A DNA stretch of 32,000 nt from positions 1,260,001-1,292,000 of the forward strand of contig NC_006138.1 in NCBI RefSeq assembly GCF_000025945.1. Direction: 5' to 3'. The position numbers and the translations under genes were made by a program. Position 1 is the first letter of the stretch; every line of letters starts with the position of its first letter. Under the pieces are notes generated by a model, which had not been told where the DNA came from, ran no database searches, and saw only the letters and a program-made list of their open reading frames with translations. Below, in pieces: positions 12,657-21,867 of this stretch. Source of the DNA: Desulfotalea psychrophila LSv54. Lineage in GTDB: Bacteria > Desulfobacterota > Desulfobulbia > Desulfobulbales > Desulfocapsaceae.

Positions 12657-13286
12657 ATGCCAAAGACAATGGGGATATTAGGTAAAAATATAGGGATGAC
12701 CCGTGTATACGGTGAAGTGGGTCAGGCAATCCCAGTCACTGTTGTACAAGCCGGGCCTTGTAAAGTTCTTCAAGTAAAAACAAACGCAACTGACGGTTAC
12801 AATGCTGTTCAAGTTGGTTTCGAAAATAAAAAAAGCTCTCGTGTGAATAAAGCGGAAGCTGGCCATTTTGCAAAATCAGATTCTGAAGGTTTCTACTTCG
12901 TACGTGAATTTCGCGTAGTTGATCCTGCAACATACAATGTTGGCGATATGATCAGTGTTGATGCACTTTTCAAAGCTGGCGATATTGTTGATGTACAGGG
13001 TACAAGTAAGGGACGTGGTTTTCAGGGTGTTATAAAGCGTTGGGGCTTCAAAGGTGGTCCTGGCGGACATGGTTCTAAGCATCATAGAGCGCCTGGTTCC
13101 ATCGGCTGTAGTGCTTATCCGGGACGTGTTGTTAAGGGCAAGAAAATGCCTGGTCGTATGGGTAATGATACGGTTCTTAAGAAGAACGTTACTGTGGTTG
13201 ATGTACGCATTGATGAAAACGTTGTTCTGCTTAAGGGTCCTATGCCTGGAGCTAAAAATGGTCTGTTAAAGATTTATTCCAAGTGA
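12657..13286 (+). CDS. rplC: 50S ribosomal protein L3
   Basis: GILGKNIGMTRVY...FQGVIKRWGFKGGPGGHGS, 209 aa. ATG 12669 is a possible alternative start. Confidence 0.95.
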   Translation: MPKTMGILGKNIGMTRVYGEVGQAIPVTVVQAGPCKVLQVKTNATDGYNAVQVGFENKKSSRVNKAEAGHFAKSDSEGFYFVREFRVVDPATYNVGDMISVDALFKAGDIVDVQGTSKGRGFQGVIKRWGFKGGPGGHGSKHHRAPGSIGCSAYPGRVVKGKKMPGRMGNDTVLKKNVTVVDVRIDENVVLLKGPMPGAKNGLLKIYSK

Positions 13287-13319
13287 TTGTTTAAGTAACA
13301 GGCTCGAATGGAGAGAATA

Positions 13320-13943
13320 ATGTCTACTGTAAGTGTAGTTAATACAAATAACGAAAAAGTCGACGAGATAGAATTGAACGACGCAATCTTTAACCGTGAA
13401 GTTAAAGAATATATTCTCCACGATGTTGTTCGCATGCAGAGAGCTGCAAAGCGTGCAGGAACTGCATCTACCAAGACTCGTGTCGAGGTACGTGGAGGTG
13501 GTGCAAAGCCATGGCGTCAGAAAGGAACTGGTCGTGCTCGTGCGGGATCCCGTACTTCTCCTTTGTGGAGAGGTGGTGGAGTTACATTTGGTCCTAAACC
13601 AAGAGATTATAGCTTCAAGCTTAACCGTAAGGTAAGGCAACAAGCTGTTTCTATGGCTTTGAGTGCTCGTTTTCAAGAGGGTAATCTTATCGTTCTTGAT
13701 AATTTTATCATGGACGCAATCAAGACCAAGGAATTCGCTAGTACAATGAAAACCCTTGAGCTTGCAAACGCCCTTATTGTAATGGACGATGCATCAGAGA
13801 ATCTCAGCAAGTCTTGTCGTAACGTTCATGGTTACAGAATCTTGCCTGCTGAAGGACTCAACGTATATGACATCTTGTTACACAAGAAAGTTGTATTGGT
13901 TAAGCCCGTAATCGAAAGCCTTGAGAAGAGGTTGATGGTATGA
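13320..13943 (+). CDS. rplD: 50S ribosomal protein L4
   Basis: ATG 13320 lies 4 nt after GGAGAG. RGGGAKPWRQKGTGRARAGSRTSPLWRGGG is the L4 signature. Length is 207 aa. The track start at 13308 is four codons upstream. Confidence 0.95.
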   Translation: MSTVSVVNTNNEKVDEIELNDAIFNREVKEYILHDVVRMQRAAKRAGTASTKTRVEVRGGGAKPWRQKGTGRARAGSRTSPLWRGGGVTFGPKPRDYSFKLNRKVRQQAVSMALSARFQEGNLIVLDNFIMDAIKTKEFASTMKTLELANALIVMDDASENLSKSCRNVHGYRILPAEGLNVYDILLHKKVVLVKPVIESLEKRLMV

Positions 13944-14227
13944 AAAATATATACGGCGTATTAAAGGGGCCTGTCCTCACTGAAAAAGCAGCCATACTTC
14001 AAGAGATTGATGGTCAGGTTGTCTTTAAAGTTCATCCTAAATCAAACAAGATAGAGATTAAAAGAGCTATCGAGTTGATGTTTGACGTTAAAGTCAAGGA
14101 TGTTAGAACTGCGAGTATGCGCGGTAAGGAAAAGCGTGTCGGTAAAACCGTTGGGCAGACTAAAGAGTGGAAGAAAGCCTACGTGTCACTTGCTGAAGGC
14201 GAAATTAACTTTACCGATGAGATTTAA
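13940..14227 (+). CDS. rplW: 50S ribosomal protein L23
   Basis: 95 aa, with L23-like sequence (LKGPVLTEKA...KKAYVSLAEGE). Its start overlaps the rplD stop as ATGA, which suggests translational coupling. Confidence 0.95.
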   Translation: MKNIYGVLKGPVLTEKAAILQEIDGQVVFKVHPKSNKIEIKRAIELMFDVKVKDVRTASMRGKEKRVGKTVGQTKEWKKAYVSLAEGEINFTDEI

Positions 14228-14299
14228 TTATCTGAGGACGTTAAACTTCTCGTATTTAGATTATATCTCATTTTCAATTGATGGAGCGATTGGGAAATC

Positions 14300-15121
14300 A
14301 TGGCTATAAAAACATATAAACCAACATCACCCGGAAAGCGTCATCAGGTTTCGATTAAGAATGCGAACCTGGCGAAAAAAGGTCCAGAGAAAAGCCTGGT
14401 AACCAGCCTGAGCAAGACCGGTGGACGAAATAATTACGGACGCATTACTTCACGTCACATCGGTGGCGGACATAAGCGAAAGTACAGAATTATCGATTTT
14501 AAAAGAAATAAGATGGATATCGATGCAAAAGTTGTTGCAATCGAGTATGATCCAAATCGTTCTGCCAATATTGCCCTTTTGAGCTATATTGACGGTGAGA
14601 AAAGATATATTCTTTCTCCAGAGGGCGTATCAGTTGGTGACAAAATTGTTGCCGGTGATAATGTTGATATTCAACCAGGTAACTGTTTGCCATTGGCAAA
14701 TATCCCACTGGGTACGATTATCCATAACATTGAGATGAAAATTGGTAAAGGCGCACAGATCGTTCGTAGTGCCGGTACCTCAGCTCAACTTATGGCTAAA
14801 GAAGGTGACTACGTTCTCGTAAGACTTCCTTCCGGCGAGGTACGCAAGTTCCATAGACTTTGTCGTGCATGTGTTGGACAGGTAGGTAATCGTGAGTACG
14901 AGAGTCAAAAGCTTGGAAAAGCGGGTCGTTCTCGTTGGCTTGGTAAGCGACCTCACGTACGTGGTGTTGCGATGAACCCAGTTGATCACCCTATGGGTGG
15001 TGGTGAAGGTAAGAGTTCTGGTGGTCGTCATCCATGTACTCCATGGGGTATGCCAACCAAAGGTTACAAGACTCGTACGAATAAGTCTTCTGACAAGTAT
15101 ATCGTTAAGAAGAGATCATAA
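14300..15121 (+). CDS. rplB: 50S ribosomal protein L2
   Basis: [15 protein letters not shown]...[15 protein letters not shown]...[14 protein letters not shown], 273 aa. Confidence 0.98.
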
Positions 15122-15138
15122 CATACAAGGAGTAAAGT

Positions 15139-15414
15139 ATGTCGCGTTCAATTAAGAAGGGTCCTTTTATTGATGATCATCTTCAAAAGAAGGTTGACCA
15201 ATCTCTTGAGAGTGGTTCCCGTAAGGTCATCAAAACTTGGTCTAGAAGATCTGATATTAGCCCAGAGATGGTTGGATTGACCTTCGCTGTACATAATGGA
15301 AAGAAATTCATTCCTGTTTTTGTTTCAGAGAATATGGTAGGACATAAGCTTGGAGAGTTTTCTCCAACCCGTACCTATTATGGACACTCTGCAGATAAGA
15401 AAGGTAAGAGATAA
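15139..15414 (+). CDS. rpsS: 30S ribosomal protein S19
   Basis: [15 protein letters not shown]...[29 protein letters not shown], 91 aa. Confidence 0.98.
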   Translation: MSRSIKKGPFIDDHLQKKVDQSLESGSRKVIKTWSRRSDISPEMVGLTFAVHNGKKFIPVFVSENMVGHKLGEFSPTRTYYGHSADKKGKR

Positions 15415-15465
15415 TTAAAGAACGGAATTTTCGTTATAACTGGACTCAGTTAGGAGTACAAAACT

Positions 15466-15798
15466 ATGGAAGCACGAGCCGTAGGGAAATATATTAGAAT
15501 TTCCCCTCAGAAGGCACGACTTGTCGCAGATGTAGTGAGAGGTATGGGCGTTGACCAAGCTATCACTACATTGAGATTTATGCCTAAAAAGGGCGCAGTA
15601 ATATTGCAGAAAGTTATTGAGTCCGCGCTTGCAAATGCAACTCAAGACGATCAGGCAGACGTTGATAATCTATACGTGAAAGTAATAACGATTGATGGTG
15701 GTCCGTCACTGAAACGTATCAGACCTCGAGCAATGGGCCGGGCAACCGGGATTATTAAAAGGACTAGTCATATCACTGTTGTTTTAGACGAAAATTAA
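15466..15798 (+). CDS. rplV: 50S ribosomal protein L22
   Basis: MEARAVGKYIRISPQKARLVADVVRG...RIRPRAMGRA, 110 aa. Confidence 0.97.
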   Translation: MEARAVGKYIRISPQKARLVADVVRGMGVDQAITTLRFMPKKGAVILQKVIESALANATQDDQADVDNLYVKVITIDGGPSLKRIRPRAMGRATGIIKRTSHITVVLDEN

Positions 15799-15864
15799 TT
15801 TTTTTATCAGTGATAGAACTACCAAGTAATATTACTCAAATATAATATTTGTTGGAGGTTTGTT

Positions 15865-16518
15865 TTGGGCCAGAAGGTTAACCCGTTAGGGATTAGACTG
15901 AATATCACCCGTACTTGGGATTCGGTTTGGTACGCAGACAAAGATTATTCTACTTTCCTCATTGAGGATCAGAAGATTCGTAAGTTTCTCAAGAAACGAT
16001 TGAGTCATGCTGGTCTTTCTAGTGTAAAGATAGAACGAACTGGAGAGCAGGTTCGCATTAAGCTGTTTACAGCGCGACCTGGAATCGTTATTGGTAAGAA
16101 AGGCGCAGAAATTGAGATCCTCAAGCGTGAGCTTGAGAAACTTGTTTCTCGCAAAGTAACTCTTGATATTCAAGAGGTACGTAGACCAGAGGCAGATGCC
16201 CAACTGGTTGCCGATAATATCGCTCAACAACTTGCTCGACGTGTTGCTTTTCGTCGTGCGATGAAAAAAGCTGTAAGCTCTGCATTGCGTTTTGGTGTTC
16301 AGGGTATTAAGATTGCTTGCTCTGGACGTCTTGGTGGTGCTGAGATGTCAAGATGTGAGTGGGTTCGTGAAGGTCGCGTTCCTCTGCACACATTACGTGC
16401 AGATGTTGACTACGCTCTTTCTGAGTCGCACACCACCTACGGTATCATCGGTGTGAAGGTTTGGATTTTCAAGGGTGAAGTTTTAAGCGATAAGGACAAG
16501 GGTGCTGTTGCTCAGTGA
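15865..16518 (+). CDS. rpsC: 30S ribosomal protein S3 (TTG start)
   Basis: TTG 15865 lies 6 nt after GGAGG (15854-15858). The next codons give [11 protein letters not shown], the invariant S3 N-terminus, so no other start is possible. Length is 217 aa. Confidence 0.97.
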   Translation: MGQKVNPLGIRLNITRTWDSVWYADKDYSTFLIEDQKIRKFLKKRLSHAGLSSVKIERTGEQVRIKLFTARPGIVIGKKGAEIEILKRELEKLVSRKVTLDIQEVRRPEADAQLVADNIAQQLARRVAFRRAMKKAVSSALRFGVQGIKIACSGRLGGAEMSRCEWVREGRVPLHTLRADVDYALSESHTTYGIIGVKVWIFKGEVLSDKDKGAVAQ

Positions 16519-16561
16519 TTTTTTACTGAGTTGCCTTTCTTATAAACGACTGGAGTAAAAG

Positions 16562-16978
16562 ATGTTAAGTCCTAAAAAAGTAAAGCATAGGAAGGTGTTT
16601 AAAGGCCGTATGAGAGGAGCTGCTCATCGTGGTTCTTCTCTTGCCTTTGGTGACTATGCCTTGAAAGCGCTGAGTTGTGGAACGATGACTGCTCGGCAGA
16701 TTGAGGCGGCACGTATTACAATTAACAGAACCATGAAGCGTGGCGGACAGGTTTGGATTCGGGTATTCCCGGACAAGCCTCTCACTAAAAAGCCTGCTGA
16801 AACAAGAATGGGTAAAGGTAAAGGTAGTCCAGAGTCTTGGGTTGCTATTGTTAAGCCAGGTAGACTTTTGTATGAAGTCGCTGGTGTAAGTGAAGATGTG
16901 GCTATTAAGGCCTTATCGCTTGCGAGCAATAAACTTCCTTTCCCATGCAAAGTTGTTACAAGGAGGACTACTTTATGA
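16562..16978 (+). CDS. rplP: 50S ribosomal protein L16
   Basis: [19 protein letters not shown]...[10 protein letters not shown], 138 aa. Confidence 0.98.
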
Positions 16979-17166
16979 AAATGATGGAAATTCGTAAAAT
17001 GTCCAAAGAAGAGATGGAAGCTAAGATGAAAGATCTTAGGGAAGAGTTGGGAAATCTTGTATTTCAACACAAGATTCGCCCACTTGAAGACACCTCGAAA
17101 TTGAAGAAAATTAGAAAAGATATCGCGAGAATTGAAACCATAGCATCAGAGACTACAGCTGCATAG
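16975..17166 (+). CDS. rpmC: 50S ribosomal protein L29
   Basis: ATG 16975 overlaps the rplP stop (ATGA) and is preceded by AAGGAGGA. At 63 aa it matches normal L29 size. The track start at 16945 would add 10 codons lying inside rplP. Confidence 0.93.
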
Positions 17167-17232
17167 CCTGTCGTCATTCATGTTTAACTTTATGGTACGA
17201 TTCAGCACAACAACATCACGATTGATTACATT

Positions 17233-17493
17233 ATGAGTGAAAATAACACATCAAGAAAGACAAGAACTGGTTCTGTCGTAAGTGACCGGATGGAAAAAAG
17301 TGTTGTTGTCCGGGTTGAGAGAAAGGTCCGTCATAAGCTTTACGGTAAATTTATGAAGACCAGCGTAAAGTATCTGGCAGATGACCCTGAAAACCAATGC
17401 AACATCGGTGACGTTGTTCTTATAGAAGAATGTCGTCCTTTGAGTAAAAGGAAAAGATGGCGCGTGAAAACAATACTTGAGCAAGCTGTTTAA
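17233..17493 (+). CDS. rpsQ: 30S ribosomal protein S17
   Basis: RKTRTGSVVSDRMEKSVVVRVERKVRHKLYGKF is typical of S17, 86 aa. Confidence 0.96.
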   Translation: MSENNTSRKTRTGSVVSDRMEKSVVVRVERKVRHKLYGKFMKTSVKYLADDPENQCNIGDVVLIEECRPLSKRKRWRVKTILEQAV

Positions 17494-17552
17494 TTTAAAA
17501 GATATTGAGCAATGAGCTTTGATAGATATTTTAATAGATATCAGGTGACAAA

Positions 17553-17921
17553 ATGATTCAAACAGAGACAGTCCTCAATGTGGCTGACAACTCTGGTGCC
17601 AAGAAGGTTTTGTGTATTAGAGTTCTCGGTGGTAGCAGAAAGCGCTACGCCAGCATTGGTGACGTAATTGTTGTAACAGTAAAAGAAGCTATCCCGCACG
17701 CAAAGGTAAAAAAAGGCGACGTAATGAAAGCTGTTGTCGTTCGAACTGCCAAAGAGAATCGTCGTCCAGATGATACTTGGGTGAAGTTTGACGAGAACGC
17801 AGCTGTTATGTTAGGTGCCTCTGGTGAGCCTGTTGGCACACGTATTTTTGGACCTGTTGCCCGCGAATTGCGTAACCAGGGATTTATGAAGATTATATCT
17901 CTTGCGCCAGAAGTACTCTAA
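17553..17921 (+). CDS. rplN: 50S ribosomal protein L14
   Basis: [28 protein letters not shown], 122 aa. Confidence 0.98.
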   Translation: MIQTETVLNVADNSGAKKVLCIRVLGGSRKRYASIGDVIVVTVKEAIPHAKVKKGDVMKAVVVRTAKENRRPDDTWVKFDENAAVMLGASGEPVGTRIFGPVARELRNQGFMKIISLAPEVL

Positions 17922-17972
17922 TCATTGGTTCTTCTCGCGAACAAGATACATCGATTAAGAAAAGGTTTAAAA

Positions 17973-18308
17973 ATGAGACAGGGTAGAACATACCTGAAAA
18001 CAAATGATCAGGTAGAAGTGATTGCTGGCAAAGACAAAGGTCGCGTCGGTAAAGTTCTCAGAGTGCTTGTGGATAAAGATAAGGCTGTTGTTGAGCGTGC
18101 AAATATGATCAAACGCCACACAAAAGCAACTGAGATGAATCAACAGGGTCAGATTGTTGAAAAGGAAGCACCTATTCATGTATCCAATCTTCAACTTATC
18201 TGCCCAGAATGTACCAAGACTGGCCGTGTAGGTAAGAAGGTACTTGAAGATGGCACAAAGGTACGTTACTGCAAGAGCTGCGGTGAGTCCGTTGAGAGCA
18301 AATCATAA
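17973..18308 (+). CDS. rplX: 50S ribosomal protein L24 (with C-terminal CxxC...CxxC ribbon)
   Basis: ATG 17973 gives 111 aa ([24 protein letters not shown], the KOW motif). The track start at 17925 adds 16 non-homologous codons. Confidence 0.93.
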
Positions 18309-18336
18309 GGAGGCGGCTTAAAGCCCGAGGTTTACT

Positions 18337-18876
18337 ATGAGTGCGCTGAAAGAATATTATACCAATGAGTGTGTGCCTGCACTGAAGGACCAGTTGGGAT
18401 ACACCAATCCAATGCAAATCCCTAAAATTGAGAAGATTGTTCTCAATATGGGACTTGGAGAGGCTGTTCAAAACCCAAAGATCGTTGAAGGTGCTGCTGA
18501 AGAATTAACCAAGATTGCAGGCCAACGTGCGGTTGTAACAAAGGCTAAAAAATCTATTGCGACATTTAAGCTTAGAGAAGGTATGCCAATCGGTTGTCGT
18601 GTAACTTTACGCGGCGAGAAGATGTATGACTTCTTGAGCAAACTTGTTAACATCGCTCTTCCCCGAGTACGCGATTTTCGTGGCGTTTCTCCAAAGGGCT
18701 TTGATGGACGAGGAAATTACTCAATGGGTATTCAGGAACAAATTATTTTTCCTGAAATTGATTACGACAAGATTGATAAAATTAAAGGGTTTAACATTAC
18801 CATCGTAACTTCTGCAAAAACCAACGACGAAGGTCGTTCGCTTTTGCGTTTGATGGGAATGCCTTTTAAGAAATAG
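18337..18876 (+). CDS. rplE: 50S ribosomal protein L5
   Basis: [16 protein letters not shown]...[32 protein letters not shown], 179 aa. Confidence 0.98.
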   Translation: MSALKEYYTNECVPALKDQLGYTNPMQIPKIEKIVLNMGLGEAVQNPKIVEGAAEELTKIAGQRAVVTKAKKSIATFKLREGMPIGCRVTLRGEKMYDFLSKLVNIALPRVRDFRGVSPKGFDGRGNYSMGIQEQIIFPEIDYDKIDKIKGFNITIVTSAKTNDEGRSLLRLMGMPFKK

Positions 18877-18920
18877 ATTATTAGTTTAGTTATTTTAAAA
18901 TAGAGAAATCGGAGGTCGTT

Positions 18921-19106
18921 TTGGCTAAGAAATCCATTATCGCAAAGGCAAAGCGTAAACAAAAGTTTGCCGTGCGAGAATACAATAGATGTCCACTCTG
19001 TGGTCGTCCGCGTGCATTTATCAGAAAGTTTGGTATCTGCCGAATTTGTTTTCGTAAGTTGGCATCCAGCGGTGAGGTCACAGGTGTAACTAAATCCAGC
19101 TGGTAG
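18921..19106 (+). CDS. rpsZ: 30S ribosomal protein S14, zinc-binding type Z (TTG start)
   Basis: TTG 18921 follows [49 protein letters not shown], 61 aa, with CxxC...CxxC. Confidence 0.96.
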   Translation: MAKKSIIAKAKRKQKFAVREYNRCPLCGRPRAFIRKFGICRICFRKLASSGEVTGVTKSSW

Positions 19107-19163
19107 GGATTTCTGTTATCTCTGTTTGATTCTGTCAATTATTGGACATAAGGAGTGTTCGCT

Positions 19164-19564
19164 ATGTCGATGAGCGATCCCCTGGCAGATATGCTGACCA
19201 GGATACGTAATGCTGTTATGGTAAAATTTGATACCGTAGAAATGCCATCATCTACCATGAAAGTAAGTGTTGCGAAAGTATTGAAGGACGAAGGGTATAT
19301 TACTGACTATCAAATTAAAGAAGACGGAGTTCAAAATACTCTTTCTATTAATTTGAAGTACGGCCCAGATGGTGAAGCGGTTATTACCGAGTATTAAGCA
19401 GTGTCAGCAAGCCTGGCCTCCGCAAATATGCTAAAGCTTCCGATGTGCCAACAGTTCTTAACGGACTTGGAGTTGCTGTTATTTCAACATCTAAAGGTGT
19501 TGTTTCTAATAAGACAGCTAGAGATCTTAATGCAGGTGGGGAGATAATCTGCGAGGTTTGGTAA
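19164..19564 (+). pseudogene. rpsH: 30S ribosomal protein S8, reading frame broken as written (stop at 19395-19397; the C-terminal half is in another frame)
   Basis: ATG 19164 lies 8 nt after AAGGAG. The N-terminal part [17 protein letters not shown]...GEAVITE then runs into TAA. The conserved C-terminal part [43 protein letters not shown] is read in the phase of nt 19406 and ends at 19564. The span is 401 nt, which is not divisible by 3. Confidence 0.9.
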
Positions 19565-19585
19565 CCCGTAGGTGAGGAGGTAAGT

Positions 19586-20131
19586 ATGTCTCGTATTGGA
19601 AAACAACCAATTGCCGTTCCTGCCGGAGTAAAAGTTGATCTCAACGGACAGCATATTACTATTACCGGGAAAAAAGGAACTCTTGAGCGCGATATCATTA
19701 CTGAGATCGAGGCTCACGTAGAGGACAATGGTATCAGTGTGCCCAATCCCCTTTAGGACCACAGACGTGTTAACGCTTTTAGAGGACTGACTCGTAGTCT
19801 TATCAACAACATGGTTATTGGTGTTGATGAGGGCTTCAAGAAAGTTCTTCTTATAGAAGGTGTTGGTTATAAGGCAAACCTTGAGGGTTCTAAAAAACTC
19901 GTTATCAATGTTGGCTATTCTAACCCTGTTGAGTATAAATTGCCTGAAAACGTACAAGCTGTTGTTGAAGGTAACACCAAGATCACTGTTGAGTCTATCG
20001 ACAAAGAGCTTCTTGGTCTTGTTGCTGCGCAGATTCGTCAGATTCGTAAGCCTGAGCCGTATAAGGGTAAAGGAATTCGTTACGAAAATGAGCAGATCGT
20101 ACGTAAAGTTGGTAAGGCAGGATCTAAATAA
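19586..20131 (+). pseudogene. rplF: 50S ribosomal protein L6, interrupted by an in-frame TAG at 19754-19756
   Basis: ATG 19586 follows [42 protein letters not shown]...ISVPNPL*DHRRVNAFRGLTRSLINNMVIGVDEGFKK...EPYKGKGIRYENE is a single frame of 181 codons plus the terminal stop, which is normal L6 length. Codon 57 is TAG. Confidence 0.9.
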
Positions 20132-20180
20132 TTAATTTTGTAACGCTATTGGCGGTACAAAAATTTAAAATGGATAAGAC

Positions 20181-20546
20181 ATGGCTAAGACAAATCTTAA
20201 AACGCTTGCGCGGGCCAAAAGAATAAGCCGAATTCGTAAGAAAATCTCAGGAACATCTGAGCGCCCGCGTCTTCGTGTTTTTAAAAGTAACAAGCATATT
20301 TATGCGCAAATTATTGATGATGCCTCAGGCAAGAGCCTTGTTGCGATGTCTACTGTAGACAAGCAATTTGATCTAGGTGACGAGTCAGGCAAAACAGCTG
20401 CAGCTAAGAAAGTGGGTGTTGTTCTCGCAGAACGAGCAACCGCAGCTGGCATCAAAAAGGTGATCTTTGATCGTGGTGGTTATATTTACCACGGCCGAGT
20501 AAAATCCCTCTCCGAAGGTGCTCGGGAAGGTGGACTCGATTTCTAA
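20181..20546 (+). CDS. rplR: 50S ribosomal protein L18
   Basis: [20 protein letters not shown]...[26 protein letters not shown], 121 aa. Confidence 0.97.
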   Translation: MAKTNLKTLARAKRISRIRKKISGTSERPRLRVFKSNKHIYAQIIDDASGKSLVAMSTVDKQFDLGDESGKTAAAKKVGVVLAERATAAGIKKVIFDRGGYIYHGRVKSLSEGAREGGLDF

Positions 20547-20570
20547 TGATTTTAATAGTGGGGGTGTCCC

Positions 20571-21086
20571 TTGTCTGATTTTAAGCGTTCTAAGGCAAAT
20601 AATAATACCGAAGAGCTTATTGAAAAAATAGTTTTTATCAACAGGGTTGCTAAGGTTGTAAAGGGTGGTCGACGTTTTAGCTTTAGTGCAATCGTTGTTG
20701 TTGGCGATGGCAATGGCAAAGTCGGGTATGGACTTGGTAAAGCTAATCAGGTTCCAGAAGCAATTCGTAAAGGTGTAGAGAGAGCTAGGAAGGATATGGC
20801 TCTCGTATCTTTGACCGATGTTTCCATCCCTCATCAAGTTATAGGACACTATGGAGCAGGTCGAGTATTCTTAAGACCCGCATCTGCAGGTACTGGTTTG
20901 ATTGCAGGTGGTCCTGTTCGTGCTGTCCTTGAAGCAGCTGGTGTTAGTAATATTCTAACCAAATGTCTCGGATCTCATAATCCGCACAATATGGTTAAGG
21001 CTACCATTGATGGCCTTAAGCAACTTCGTTCCGCACAGAAAATTGCTGAACTTCGTGGAAAGAATGTTGAAGAAATTACTGCGTAA
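20571..21086 (+). CDS. rpsE: 30S ribosomal protein S5 (TTG start)
   Basis: TTG 20571 is the first start codon after the in-frame TAG at 20556-20558, with a G-rich SD (gtggggg) upstream. [36 protein letters not shown], 171 aa. Confidence 0.95.
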   Translation: MSDFKRSKANNNTEELIEKIVFINRVAKVVKGGRRFSFSAIVVVGDGNGKVGYGLGKANQVPEAIRKGVERARKDMALVSLTDVSIPHQVIGHYGAGRVFLRPASAGTGLIAGGPVRAVLEAAGVSNILTKCLGSHNPHNMVKATIDGLKQLRSAQKIAELRGKNVEEITA

Positions 21087-21140
21087 TAACATTTTAGAGT
21101 GTAATTACAAACCATTAAATTTAAAAATACAGGTAGTCAA

Positions 21141-21323
21141 ATGACCGAGACAATAACATTTACTCTGGTCAAAAGTGGGATCGGAAGTACTGATAAGATC
21201 CGTGCCACATTGACCGGTCTGGGGCTAACCAAACTAAACAAGACTGTAACAAGAAAAGACACTCCAGAAATTCGCGGAATGCTGAATAAAGTGAAACATC
21301 TTGTTCGTATAGATGAGGCGTAA
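21141..21323 (+). CDS. rpmD: 50S ribosomal protein L30
   Basis: 60 aa, ITFTLVKSGIGSTDKIRATLTGLGL..RKDTPEIRGMLNKVKHLV. Confidence 0.95.
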   Translation: MTETITFTLVKSGIGSTDKIRATLTGLGLTKLNKTVTRKDTPEIRGMLNKVKHLVRIDEA

Positions 21324-21324
21324 T

Positions 21325-21783
21325 ATGTTAACGTTAGGCAATCTTTCACCACAAGAGGGATCTACCAAGCAGCGTAAGCGTTTGGGTAGAGGACCTGGAT
21401 CCGGTCATGGCAAAACTGCTGGCCGTGGTCATAAGGGTTTTAAGTCCCGTTCTGGCTCTGGTATTAAGCCGGGCTTCGAAGGCGGTCAAATGCCTTTGCA
21501 GCGCAGACTTCCTAAGCGCGGTTTTACCAACATTTTCAAGAAAGAATTTTCTCTTGTTGCCCTGTCCCAGTTGGACAAGTTTGAGGCTGGTGTAGTAGTA
21601 AGCCCCGCTGAGCTTGTTGAAGCAGGAATGGTAAAAAAAGGAACTTTGATCAAGATACTTGCTAACGGTGAGATCACCAAGGCAGTAACTGTTAAAGTTG
21701 ATAAGATCAGTTCTCAAGCTAAGGCTCAAATTGAGGCTGCAGGTGGTACCGTAGTTTTAACTGAGGTTACCGCTGCTGAGTAA
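21325..21783 (+). CDS. rplO: 50S ribosomal protein L15
   Basis: ATG 21325 lies 1 nt after the rpmD stop. MLTLGNLSPQEGSTKQRKRLGRGPGSGHGKTAGRGHKG, 152 aa. Confidence 0.95.
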   Translation: MLTLGNLSPQEGSTKQRKRLGRGPGSGHGKTAGRGHKGFKSRSGSGIKPGFEGGQMPLQRRLPKRGFTNIFKKEFSLVALSQLDKFEAGVVVSPAELVEAGMVKKGTLIKILANGEITKAVTVKVDKISSQAKAQIEAAGGTVVLTEVTAAE

Positions 21784-21807
21784 TAACTGATTGTTGCCGA
21801 AATATAC

Positions 21808-21840
21808 AAGAGATCAAAGGCATTATTGCTTTGATCTTTT
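21808..21840 (+). terminator. Weak intrinsic-terminator-like hairpin (possible attenuator) between rplO and secY
   Basis: agatcaaag (21811-21819) pairs with ctttgatct (21829-21837) around a 9-nt loop. The 3' side runs into tctttt. The stem is AT-rich. Confidence 0.4.
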
Positions 21841-21867
21841 GTGCTGTCTGAGATAGGAAGAGAGATA

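Noticed and set aside
15825-15851. Two adjacent AT-rich palindromes (agtaatattact and caaatataatatttg) just upstream of the rpsC SD.
   Set aside because: They are made almost entirely of A/T, so as RNA stems they are very weak, and palindromes of this size are common in AT-rich spacers. There is no evidence of conservation available from this window.
19754-19756. Pyrrolysine or other TAG recoding as an explanation for the rplF internal stop.
   Set aside because: TAG terminates at least seven genuine genes in this window. No pyl genes or PYLIS-like context are visible here, and a recoded residue in a core r-protein would be unprecedented. A point substitution or error is far simpler. It remains listed as a check under the finding.
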